Assembly: GCA_964247055.1 (NCBI GenBank)
Contig: OZ176056.1
Coordinates: 2,232,001-2,296,000 of the forward strand
Length of the DNA: 64,000 bases
Direction of reading: 5' to 3'
DNA from: Paragordius varius
Taxonomy: Eukaryota > Animalia > Nematomorpha
In this document: positions 35,330-48,699 of the stretch, piece after piece
Numbering within the stretch: position 1 is the first letter of the stretch
Layout: each line of letters opens with the position of its first letter
Program-made: the position numbers and the translations under genes
The notes under the pieces: model-generated
The model's input: only the letters and a program-made list of their open reading frames with translations
Database searches by the model: none
What the model was told of the DNA's origin: nothing

Positions 35330-35814
35330 TAAATGCAAAACATTCATTTCAGTCCTCTAATTCATGTTGGAGCCTTTGGAGACCCCAGGCTTGTTTAAAA
35401 TCAAATATTTCCAAAAATATGTAACATATAACCATTGCAAAATTCACCTTTATATCAAAACTTTGATTTAAATTGAGGTATCTAAATACATTAGTCTATT
35501 AACATTTTTGCAAAATAGCCTTAATCAATTTTAAACCTAATATTAAAGCTAATATTTTTATGTCACCTAATATTGATAAAATAAGTGGTTTATTTGTATT
35601 GTATTTAAATTTAGCTCCACATATGTCATGTTGACTTACCTTTGTGTTTTACTTTATAAGTGATATCAAATATTTTTGATTGAATTCGGTTTGTTAATAT
35701 ATAAGTGCATATTTGCCATGGTTTTAATTTTTTGGTATTTAATTTTAAACAGGGGAGTATCCAACAACTTCAATTTGAATCGAAGATCAAAAATGAATGT
35801 GCTGTATCCAAGTG
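35330..35814. mobile_element. Decayed fragments of the TTAA MITE (two left ends facing each other); a further solo left end at ~36440-36505
   Basis: Forward CATTCATTTCAGTCC...ACCCCAGGCTTGTTTAAAATC at 35341-35402, and reverse ...AATTTGAATCGAAG...GTATCCAAGTG ending at 35814. Confidence 0.6.
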
Positions 35815-37790
35815 ATAAAATATTCGTTCCTCTTATTTATGTTAAATATAATTGTGTTATATTACAAAAATATATCAAAATTTGAAACAAACGAACTTAA
35901 AGTAAATTTTTGAAACGATACAGCATTGAATTATATAGAAGAAAATTTTTTATAACAACTTACTCGTGCCTCAAAATAATATGAAGAACGGTTTAAATTT
36001 GGTATACAATTCTTTTAAAATTTTAGTTGATGTGAAAAGTTATTACATATAATTTTTATCACGCATTCTCAGCATTTTTGAGAGAACTAACCCATTTTTG
36101 AGAGCGAAAATAATTTGGACTTTCGGACACATACAAAATTAAAATTTATATATATTGTCTTGTATTTTATCATATATAGTGGCACATTTAGTATTCACCA
36201 AAACATTTTGTTTAACAAAATGTGAGAATTTTGCAATTTTCTGATATGGAGTGGTTACCACAAAATTGCAAATAACTTTTTTATTACTCTTAAGGGCCAA
36301 AATTAAAAGCACCATGATAACCTTATTACATTTTCCTATAAGAATATACTCTTTTATACCCGGTTATTTTGGGGGGAGTATAATGCAAATATTTGTTATG
36401 GTTCAATTTTTCCGTGTATATTAATATATAATATTTTATATACACCTAAGTTTACTAAACACCACGATTTCGATCAAGATTGAGATGAATGTGTTGTACC
36501 AAGTGTTAAATCGTGTATATCATAAATCCTAATTATGTTAAAACATAAATAAGTTTTCTTACAATCATGTTGTGCTATTTTTAGCTCTTTAATTTTATCA
36601 TGTTTTAAGATATCCGAATTAGGAGCTATAAACTGTAAATTTTAAGAACAGGAGAGGGTTTAATAATTAAATTTTAACCAAAACAGCTTTCAAATTATTT
36701 TTTTACTACTTTAAGCTCTGGGGAATATTACGCCAAATGTCGCGCAAAAGAAAATAAAATATCAATGAAAAGATAATTATATGCAATTTTTAACCCTAAA
36801 ATACATTTATTTGCTTGTTGTATAAATCAACATAGTCCAAAAGAAAAAAAAGGCGAGATAACATTTTACAACCCTGCGCCTAAAAGACTAAAATAAAGCA
36901 TATTTTAAAATTTGACCCGATACTAAAAATATTTTTTTACATAATAAATAAATGGCTCTAAGATTTTTACCCAAAAGCCCATAAAGCAGTGATTCTATAC
37001 CGCCGCTAAAATTTATATAATAATTAATGTACCTATTGGGTATAAATATATTCAAATGTGTCAAACAATTAAATATTTATAAGTATGATCCCCTGGAATA
37101 ATATTTTGGCCTTTTATAATTTTGTTATGTGTACCATATCCAAAAAAAATTTAGAAATCTTCATTTATTTCGAACGGGGAAGGGATATTATTTTTGAAGC
37201 CCATGTTCATAATTTATATTTCAAATATTATTGCTTTTTAGATAGAGTTTATGATTAATTTTGGTAATATTTTTGAAATGAACTCTTTTCTTTTAAAAAA
37301 TATTATTTAGACTAATGCAACCGATGATTTTTATATACGCAGAATACCACCAAAATAAAAAATCACTTTTAGAGCCCAAAACCAAAAACAGATTAGAATT
37401 CAGATTTTATCTTGAGAAAATTACATTTCATCCGTTTTATATTCCTCATTTTGATCACATTTCCTCAAAAAAAATTTATATAATTTTTAACTCTTGGACG
37501 GTTAAATAGGTATTTCTTATTGAGTTATATATTCCGGATCATTTAAACTAGATTATAAATTAATAATAAGTGCTATTATATTTTTACACAGTCCAGTAAT
37601 AAATTAAATTTGATAGCTGTTTGTTGGTATAAAGGTATACAAATCTTTTGTAAAGAATTTATATTCTACAAAGTAAGGCTAAAAAACTTAATAAAAAAAG
37701 ATTTGTCAATGCGACATATTCCTATCATACGCCTTTTTATACCTTGTGTTATATTGCATTTATACCTCCATGTGAAGAAATTTATGATCT

Positions 37791-40700
37791 ATGAGATTTT
37801 TTAATCGCTCGCAGAAGTTTGAAATCAGCAAACGCAAATTTGATAAGCTAGAAAATTATAGCTTTTTCAACAATAAAGTTGAAAATGAAAGTGATGGCCA
37901 ACAAACCAAAGACACTCCCTATTATGGATCATCGTTTTGGAAGAAAAAAGAAAAAGATTTAGAATGCCATGTAGTATTCCTGGATGGGACCGATTCTACG
38001 TTTCATATATCCGTAAGTTTTTATTTTAAATTTTTTGGATTAACTTTATAAATGGTGACTCTAATTACAGAGTAATAAATGTCATTTTACAATTTCTTTA
38101 TACCAATATTTGCATAATTATATATTATAGTGTAACAAACTGTTTTGCATAATGATTTATGAACATTAATGTTGTTTATCCTCATAAATTTTAATCTCGT
38201 TTCCAATCAATATAATATCTACATTTATCAAACTATATAGTCAATCTTATCAATTTACATTCATGTGTTAATAAACATAATTCTATTTTTCCATCATTCT
38301 TTATTTTAATCCCTTAGTCTCTTTTTCCACTTATGAAATTATAGATATCTTCTTAACCTTTCTTTCTGTAAAAATTTTGTTTCATGTATTAGCAGCATTT
38401 TTCTGCAATTCGCTTTTTACACCTCATTTTTTTGCAATAGCAAAAGTATAGACTTGTTTAAAATACCTTCGGTCAAATTTTTTGTTTTTGAAAATTATTT
38501 ATTTCAAACATCTATTTTAAAAATCTCTATTTGTTCTGAGATGTAAATTATTTATCTAATTTTTATTTTTTAGTTTTCCGTTATATACATATTTTTCTTG
38601 TAAATTTATAATTTTAAAGACAATTTTCTTTACATATTGTCTAAAATCTACTGCCTTATAAGATTTGCGTTTAAAAAAACCTAAATATCACATAAATATT
38701 GTTTTTTTTGCAAAAACCTATAATTATCCATTGTACTATAAAAAAATTTAATAAAAGATTTTTTTTGAAGACATAAAAGTGGTGTCGTACTAATAAGTTG
38801 ACACATCACGCAATCTTAAAATTAGATTTTTTATAATTTATTTTTATTTTGTCTATAATCGTTTTGAGGTTAATAATTAATTTGAACATTAATAATATTT
38901 TTTTAATTTAAATATATATTTTGGTATTATATATATTTTTTTATATTTACGGATTTAAATTAAAAAAATGATATTTTAGATACTATATTAAAACTGCTTG
39001 TAACTAATAAATTTTATTATTTAGTATTTATTTGGTATTTTATTATATAATAACTTTTTTAATACTGAATTGCTACAATAATGCGTTACAAAATTATAAA
39101 ACTTGTACCTAATATCCTTGAAATTTTTGAATTGGAATTTATAATATTTTTTTGCAAAGTTTATTATATTTAAAACTTTAAATGTTTTATTTTTTTCGAA
39201 ATCTATAAAATAAAAAATTTATTTTTTTATACTAGAAAAAAGCTTTGGGTTCCGAATTGTTAGATAAAGTGTTTGACCAATTGGATCTTGTGGAATCTGA
39301 TTATTTTGGACTTCAATATATGGATCATTTACAAGTTTCAGTAAGAAATATTTTTTTTTAAATTTTTTTTTCCAAATAAATTTAATATTCTTTTTTTAAT
39401 AATTAAGCTTAAATATTTACGGTAAAAATCAATTTTTAAGGCAAATATATTAAAATTATAGATTAACATTTTTGTAATAAAGAAAATCATTATTTTTGAT
39501 TCTTGAATTTTTGAATAAGCTTTATTTGTGATATAAATTGAGTTTGTGTTACCAATTTTCATCTCTATTCCTTGGTTCACAATGCGTTTTATTTTAGAAA
39601 TCAGGTGTATAAAATAAAGTTTTTTAAAAAATTTGAATCATTACTTTTATATTTATAATTTTAATTTTTAGTGAAAATTTAATTTTTATTTATAATATTA
39701 GCATTGGTTAGATCCTACTAAATTGATTCGAAAACAAGTACAAAGTAAGTTTTTTAAATTTATTTTTTTGCAAAAATTTTTTATTGAAGCACAATTTTTT
39801 TATAGATAATATAATCAATTATATTTATTATATTATCAGAAAATAAAATTCTTGTATTTTTTTGGTAAAAATACGTTTTTAAATATCAATTATAAATTTT
39901 AATATAATTAAAAATTCCATTATATTTTATCAAAAAATAAGTATTTCTGATTCAATATATATAATATATAAAATTAAGCGTTTATTAAAATAATTTTTTT
40001 AAAAAAATATTGATATATAATTTTATTTTTAAAAAATTCATTTTATTAACCGTATTTATGATAGTTGGGCCACCCTACACCCTAAGTTTTAGGGTCAAAT
40101 TTTATTCATCAGAACCGAATGCCTTGAAAGATGAATTAACTAGGTATATTTATATATATAATATATATATTTTTAAAATTGAAATTATACGGACAAAACT
40201 TGAAAATATAAACACAAATATTTTTTCTAAAAGACCACCATGCTTTTTTAATATAACTCATTGTTTTAATATACAAAGTATATAGAAATGTAAATTGGTC
40301 CCACAATCAATATATTGTAATTAAATGATTTTATAGGATAAATTATGGTTTTAAAATGTATGGTTGTCTTTTGAAAAAAAAATTGTTTTTACATTTTTAT
40401 ATGTCCGTATGATTTCATTTTTTACTTATTTTATATATTTTTATTTAATTTTTTTTATAAAATTATTAAGATGAAAGTATTTTCTATAGTTTTTGATATG
40501 ATTTTATTAAACTTTACATGTACCAAGATATAAATGCTTTAATTTATCAACAGTTATAGTTTGAAAGCACTTAAATTTAATCGAAATAAACGGCTATATT
40601 TAAAAATATTTGCGCTTTCAAATTTCATCAATAAAATTTTAAAATGAATTAAGCTTATTTTTGATCATAATAAATTTTTTATTTGGCGTTATTTAGCGAT

Positions 40701-43700
40701 TTAAAAAATCTAAAATTGGCGATAAATAAGTTTTCAAAGTAAAATATTTACAATTTCACACCTTTAAAATATACTAAAAAGCCCCATACAATGCATTCTT
40801 TTCTAATTTGGCTTAACACAATCGTTGTTTTACAAAAGGCATTTAAAATTTCTTTTGGAATAATTTGTTACAAAAACATAGTATATCATTTACGCTTCAA
40901 GTTCACCTTTAAAAATTCAAATTTACCCTTGGATAATTCAAATTCACCCTTTAACAATTTAAATTCACCCTTGAACAATTCAAATTAAATCTAAAAATAA
41001 ATTATGTGTTTTCGAACTAATATAATTCATCATTAATAAGAAATATTTTTATGGCCATAGTTTATTATATTTTCAGTATTGTTTTGATTTAAAACAAAAT
41101 TTTATTTTTTAAAAATATCATATAGGTAATTCTTCATCTTAAAAACATATAATTAATTTGAGGTTAAATTTGAATTGCTTAAGTAAATTTATATTGTTTA
41201 AGGGTGAATTCGAATTTTAAATGGTATATGTATGCATTTTCACAAAAATTTATTCATTACTAGCTATATTTTTTCTAATTAAATTTAAAATTGTTTTGGC
41301 GTTGGAAAATATCCTATACCTCTAAAAAATTTTTTTTTTAATATTTTTGATTTTATATTTAATTTTTATTTTTTTTACTGAAAAATTTTATTTAAAAAGT
41401 TATTATTATTTAATTCTTTTTAGATATCAATTTTTCCTTCAACTAAAACGCGATATACTGACCGGTAAACTACCTTGTCCCTATGAAATTGCAATAGAAT
41501 TAGCGGCTTATGCTTTACAATGTATGAAATGATTTTTATATTTTTTATAATTTTTTTATGGAATTTTATTTTTTGATAAGATTTGATTATATTATTTCCT
41601 GTTTTATAAAAATAAATATTGGATAATTTTATTTTACTCTTATTTTTAAATAAACTTTTATTGCCATTTTTTTGTGTTTTAAACACTATAAGAATTATAT
41701 TTTTATGATTATATTTTTGCAGTAGTTTATTAAACCATTTCAAAATTTTAATTTTCACTTTTTAATTTAGATTAATAAATATCTTTGAGAAAACTTCTTT
41801 TGTTTAAATATATTTTGTTGATTATTAATTTTTTTATTATTAATCTTTTTTATCCATTTAAAAATTAAAATAATTTGCCTTTAAATTTTATAAAAAATTA
41901 AAATTTATTTATTTTTATATCATTTTTACTTATGATTTTTTAGCCGAATTAGGGGATTATAATGAAGAAATTCACACGCCTGCATTCATATCGGAATTTA
42001 GATTTGTCCCTGATCAAACTGAACATATGGAGTTGGATATTATTGAAACTTTTAAGGAAAAAAAGTTATTTTTCATCAAAATAAATTTTAAAACTTAATT
42101 ACAGTGAAAATTTAATTATAAAATCTAGAGAGATTATATAAACCATTTACAGTTCAAATTCACCCTTGAACAATTCAAATTTACCCTCTAACAATTCAAA
42201 ATCACCCTAAAATAAATTATGTTTTTTAAGATTAAAAATTACCTATATTTTTTTATATTATAAAAAAATAAAATTACCTGTAAAATATATATATTACTAA
42301 AAAAATAATAAACTATGCCATAAATATATATTTTATATTAATGATGAGTTATATTAGCCCGAAAACACAATTTATTTGTAGGGTGAATTTGAATTGTTTA
42401 AGGTTGAATTTGAATTATTCGAGGGTGAATTTGAATTTTTCGAGGGTGAATTTGAATTGTAAATGGTATATCTATATTGAGAAAGTATTTTTTAAATTTT
42501 TGATATTTATAGCAAAATAAAAAATTAGGATAAATGATGGTAACTGACATTACTACATATTTTATGATTGTTATCATAAAAGTTATTTGAAAAAAATAGG
42601 ATTAAAAAGCATGGCTTGGCTGTCTTTGTTTTATTTTACTTTTATTTTTATAGATTTATAATTTACAGTTATTGATAATTAACTGTAATAACAAAACGTA
42701 AATAATTATTTTTAAAAAGAGAAAACAATATTTTTTTTAATTCTTTAATTTCCCCCCCATATAACCCAAAAATACAATTGACTATAAAATTGAGTATTTT
42801 TTTCTTTTTTTTCAATTTAATAAAATATTCTTGAATAGTGTCGTCCTTACAGAAATTTATTAGTCTTTTAATTTAAGACTCCTTTTGTCTTTGTTATAAT
42901 TTTTTTATGTAATGATAAGTTTATTTATTCAATTTAAAAATTTACTTTGAATGTAACCTTTTTTAGAAATCAAACCCCGGCTCAAGCCGAACTAAATTAC
43001 CTGAATAAGGTTAAATGGTTGGATTTATACGGAGTCGATTTTCACACTGTTTTGGTAAAAAAATTATTTTTATTTTACTTTTTTATTTAAAATTTTTGAA
43101 TGATTTTTAAGCAAATCTTTTTAAAAACTATGGTTTAATGTTACATTTTACAGGGAAATATAAAATTTGAAAAGATAAATAAAAAGTAGTAATAAATTTA
43201 TATTTTACAATAAATTTATGTATTATAAAACTTGGATTTTTCCCAAATCTAATTGATTTTTTGGGTTGAGAAATATGTTATAAGAATTTAAATTTATATT
43301 CAATTTCTTATTTAGATAACCAAAAATATGGTTTAATTTATAAAAAAATAATTTTTATTTCCTTACTTTTATTTGTTTTTTAGCTTAATATAATTTTTAC
43401 TTTTATATCAAAAATTAAAATTATTCAATTTTTACAGGGCAAAGATGGTTTTGAATATACCTTAGGTCTTACACCGACCGGTGTGCTTGTATTTGAACGG
43501 AAACAAAAAATTGGACTCTTTTTTTGGTAAGATTTTAAAAATGTTAAAGTTTAAATTTTAATTTTATAACATAATTAATCGAAAATGTGTTTTGCGATTG
43601 TGTTTTTATTAATTTAACTTTTTTATATTAAAACAAAATACTTAATTTTTAAAAAAAAAGTTTTAAACATAACAAGGCAAAAAAACAAAAGAAAATCATT

Positions 43701-46700
43701 TTTGATCATTTTTTATTTTGATATGACTCATCGTTTTGTAAATAAGATATAGGCATATATATATTGTTCACACTCTAAAACTCATTTTACCTAAACTAAG
43801 AAACATCAAGAATTAAAAAATTTAGTTTTCTAACCAGAAAATATTCTTTATATTTTGTCTCTTTATAATTTTATTGATTATTGTAATTTTAAATTAAAAT
43901 AATTTTGAATATGTTGATTATATGAAGGCCCAAAATAAATCGTTTTGATTTCCGGAACAAAAAAGTTATATTGGTAGTAGAAGAAGAGGAATATATAGCA
44001 CAATCCCCTACCTTTGATAATAAAAATGGCGGCAATGTTGAAGGATCTAATAATCATAATCAAATAACCGCTAAAAACGGTGAAAATATGGATCAAAGTA
44101 TAGCTATCTATCTTTTTTTTCTAAAAAAAGTTAAAAAAGGTTAAAAATTTTTGGTTTTTTATGCTCTGAGAAAAGCATTTAGTGTTTTTATAATGTTTAA
44201 AGTGTGTACCTATCTTTTTCTAATCAACACATTAAAACTATAAAAAAATTTTAATTTTGTTTTATAAGCGTTTTTTTGCCTTCATATATTTATATGTGCA
44301 TGTGTGTGTACTTATACCATCAAATATATCCACTTTATAATGATGGATTACGATATAAATTTTTTACAAAAAATTTGTAATTTTTTTTTACACTTTGGTT
44401 TTCCATGCAAAATATATGTAATCATATGTACTAGTTAGTTGATGATTTACATTTTATACATTATTTATTATTTTGTATAATTTAATTTACACTTTTGGGT
44501 GAATTTTTTTATAATTAAGTGTGCATGTCTTTCGATTTTTTTAAAAAAAATGATTTAAAAAGGGTAGCCTTTTAAAGCGATTACTTTTTTGTGAAATGTT
44601 TTAGTCCTGCCTTGGTTTATAATGAATTTTTATTACGGTTTATTTTTTAATTTAATTATATCTTATTTTTTGACAAAGAAAAAACCATAAAACCAACATC
44701 TGAAATATCATAAAAATTCATTTTATGCTAATTTTTTTAGTAAATTAATTTGATAAATATTATATGATTAACTCATTTGATGTAGAAAACAATTTAGACA
44801 ATTTATTACACATGTTTTTTGGTAATGATAAAAATTCCATTTATTAGTAATATAAGTCAAAATTATGATCTAAACTAAGCTAATTTATATAATTTTGATT
44901 TTTAATAAAATTTTAAACTTTTTTAACTTTTTTTCTATTTTTTTTGTTTAAACTTTAGCCGTTGTCATCAAGAAAGAACACACCTTTGTTTTCCGAACAC
45001 ATAATTACAAAGCGGCCAAGCATTTGTGGAAATGTGCCATACAATATCATGCATTTTTTCGTCTCCTAGCTCAAAAACAATCGTTTCAACAAAAGACAAC
45101 TAAATCAGCGTCCACCCTAACCCTATCTAACGTTTTAAATCGACAATCTTTTAAATCCAATGCGAATTCTAATGGAAATAATGTGAATACAGGTCCAAAC
45201 ACTACTGGGGTATCAAACTTTTTCCGTATGGGTTCTCGATTCCGTTATAGGTAAGTTTGGTTAAGTTGAAAGATATATTTTAATTTGGTTTATTATTTCC
45301 AGTAGTATTTAACCTTTAATTTAGATTTATTTAACTGTTGTACTTGATATTGAATTTTATATATAACTCATTGATAATATGTTACTTTTTTATTTATATC
45401 CACACTAAACTATTATTTTATCATTAAATAGAATGAATATATCATATAAAAGGCTATAAATCTGCATAGTTTTTATCAAAAAAATTTATGTTAGTATATC
45501 AAAAAATTTGCGAAGTTTGTTACGCTTGCAATTTTTTCATAAAATGGATGATGTTTTAATAAGTTTGGCTATCCAAGCATTATTTATTAAAAATTGAAAT
45601 TATTCGGAAAAACTAAAACGATGAAAACAAATAGTTTTTCTAAAACACAACCACACTTAATTTTTTATTTTTACAGTTATATCACATTGTTACAAACTGC
45701 TATTGGTATAAAATAGAGGTTATTTATAACTCAATCAATAATGTACTTTACTATTGTATTAAAATGATGTTTAAACCATAAATTAAGGTTCAAAAAAGTA
45801 TGATTATCTTTTTTTTCAAATTTTTTTTTCGATGTTTTGTCTTTATAATTTTACTTATTGATTTAGTGGTAGAACCGAATTTCAAGCCACATTTTGCAAA
45901 GATATGAATGGCGGTGGTCTAAAACGCGACACCCTTATAGAGCGGAGACCTAGTCAACGTTATTCACGCCGACCTAATGCTTCAAATAAACCACCCCAAC
46001 AAAAAGGTACCCTAGAACGCGACACAACAAATGCAAATTTTAATCTCAACAATAATTATCAAAATAATGATGAACATCTTATTGTAATGACTGAAAAGTA
46101 TACAAGTATAATGGATGATAAAGACACTTTTATATCCAAAAAAAATTATGATGGAATCACTCAAAGTGAAAAACATAAAAATATAAGCAATCAGGTATCA
46201 CAACGAGCCCATATTACAAATTTACCCTATTCGCCCAAAAAATCGCGTAAAATTGCGACTATAAATAATGATTGTGCCAATTCAAATGGTTATGATTTTT
46301 GTCACCAAAATAATACGACATTTATAGTTCCAAGTACTAAAATTAGTTTAGCACAAAATGAGTCAAATCAAATTAGTAATAATTCGACAACCACGGTTAA
46401 TACACTTTTAACTTCTCCTGGGATTAAACGTAAAAGTCCCCCCTCAAAAGTTACAAGCAACTGTAATTTGAATGAAAAAATTCTTATTACAGCACCTTTA
46501 GGGAAGGAAACGCCCTTAAATGAGCTACAAATGTAATTTCTTGGTTTTTTTGTTTTAATGTTTTTTGTAAGTTTTGGACGGGTTTTTTTCAACAATTATG
46601 GAAGGGTTTTATGTTGCCTTTTAAAACTTTGGCTTTGGATATAATTTAATTTTCATGAAAAAGCATATTTTTTAGTAAATTGCATAAAAAATATGCATGT

Positions 46701-47915
46701 TTATTTAGTAATCATGGTCAGAACGATGTTAGCCACACAATATCTAATGGAACTTGTCATGTGGACCCTAAAAATTTGAAATCAATCTCAAATCATGAAT
46801 ATACCGTTATTGGTCAAAACATCAGTTGTTCCCCCATGCACGTAGCAAATGTTACTGAATATAGTTCTGATAGAAATTTGCCCGAAAAGATAGAAGCCTT
46901 ACCTTCAAATAATATTAGCAGCATTATAGCAGAAGAACGAATTAACCTAGATATTTCTAGTGATCATAAAAATAAAATTGATGACGATAGGAATAATGAA
47001 AGGGAAAGTAATTGTTGTAATGCGACAAACTCCATTCTTAGTTCAGCTAATAAATCGGTTCGGTTTAATCCTGATGTAATTAATATCGATGACTACATTA
47101 TTACCAGAGACCTAAGTGATGAGGATTTGGTTAGTTTTGAGAATTTGGAAGATTCTATTATCCTTGATCACACTGAGACGGTATCATTGACTAATCCTAT
47201 CCTTATTACAGAAAATATGGTCAAAAGTGAATTAAACAACCCAAAAAAATGTGATTTAAACAATCCTGAAATGAGTATTATTAATAAAGAAAAAGTAGAT
47301 GACATTTTTGTGAATAACCTAACTGAGAATCAAATGCATTTATCTTGTCATGCAGATGGCAACAAAGACCAAGGAAATGTTGCCAAAAAACATCCAAAAA
47401 ATCAATCAGAACCGGATGAAAATTTCTATAGCAATGATAACGAAGGCATTTCAAGCAATGGAAAAGATTGTATTAACATGGAAAAAGATGGTATTCCAAT
47501 AAAAATTGATCAAAACCAATGTGAAGAAACTACTATTATTCAAAACCAAATTCCGAATGATGTTTTTGATGCCACAATCTTATGTTCAGACACCACCCAG
47601 ACTAAAGTTAGTCCTCCAAAATCTAAAATACCGCATTTAACAACGGCATCTACTAATGCTACAAAGCAAACCAAAAAACCACCGCAGAGATCCAGTCTTT
47701 TAATATCTAAACAAGGAGGGGGAATAAATGGTTTTTGTTCCAATGTTAAATCTGTTAATTCTCCACAAATAATTTTGGCGCCCGATGAAAAATGTTTGGG
47801 GGAGGAAAAACCCCAAAATGGCTTTAAGGACACAGGAAATAAAAAGACCCCTTCATGTAAGAATCCCGTCATACCCAACACAAATAAGAAACAGTTGATT
47901 ATAACTGATATTTAG
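37791..47915 (+). CDS. EPB41L5: Band 4.1-like FERM-FA protein, Yurt/EPB41L5(EPB41L4B)-type
   Basis: Exons 37791-38012, 39236-39340, 39702-39744, 40065-40143, 41424-41521, 41944-42064, 42967-43054, 43438-43526, 43928-44097, 44959-45250, 45867-46532, 46676-47915 in frame. Motifs [111 protein letters not shown]; C-terminal LIITDI resembles the PDZ-binding end of this subfamily. L5 versus L4B orthology is not resolvable here. Confidence 0.88.
40173..40426. mobile_element. CAGTAAAA-family MITE in FERM intron 4 (further decayed copies at ~15380-15630, 42690-42910, 43670-43880, 45590-45856)
   Basis: AAATTATACGGACAAAA ... TGTCCGTATGATTTCATTTTTTAC matches the TIRs of 20549-20825. Confidence 0.7.
40882..41228. 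mobile_element. AAATTCACCCT-family MITE
   Basis: TATATCATTTAC ... TAAATGGTATA termini with 21-bp subterminal repeats. Confidence 0.75.
42137..42470. mobile_element. AAATTCACCCT-family MITE (best-preserved copy)
   Basis: ACCATTTACAGTTCAAATTCACCCT ... AGGGTGAATTTGAATTGTAAATGGTATA; 3 left and 4 right subterminal repeats. Confidence 0.8.
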
Positions 47916-48439
47916 GCTCTCATGTTCATGCTTTAATATATATATTTTTTTGTCCTACAAGGATACATTTTATATTATTGGTTAGCAAATTTATTTAAAA
48001 TTTTATATTCATATACCTATACACATCGATACTATTTATTTTTATACATGAATTTTATAACTTTTCATATAATATAATATATAGTGTTTTATTTAACATA
48101 TGCAAGTTCAATGTATACACATCACACTTGAAATAATACTTAAAATTATCAAACATTCCAAATCTATCCAATAATCAATAAGCCCAAAATCAAAAATTAA
48201 ATTTTCGATTGCGCCGTCCCTTCATTTATGCATTTATCTCATATTTTTGACATAAACTAATTATTCTTACTTAATATAGATTTTACGTAGCACTTTATAC
48301 GAATAAATTTTATACTTAAAAAGTCTTTCTAAAGGATTTTAAACCAAGGAACCAGAACCGTTTGAAAACAACTTATTACTAATTTTTATATTTTTGATAC
48401 AAAATGAACCTATATTTTAAATCATTAAAGATTATATAT

Positions 48440-48699
48440 CAGGGGGTATCAAACAAGCGGCCCGCAAGAAATTTGGAAATCCACAAAAAAATATACTCAC
48501 AAAATCTTAGTAAATCAATATTTCTGAAATAGATGAATATGTCCAAGTAATTGGCAATGAACTATAAAAAATTGTTATTTTATGTTGTAGTCTTGGGTTT
48601 GAAATATAACAAAATATTTATTAATGGTTCTTTTTTTCGAATGCGGCTCGGCGGATTTTTTTTAAAAATACGGCCCGCGAAATCATATGGACACGCCTG
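48440..48699. mobile_element. hAT (Buster-type) MITE, 260 bp, same family as 1962-2236
   Basis: CAGGGGGTATCAAAC ... TATGGACACGCCTG; flanks TTATATAT / TTTTAGAT (6/8, central TA); shared internal AATT(T)GGAAATCCA. Confidence 0.7.
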
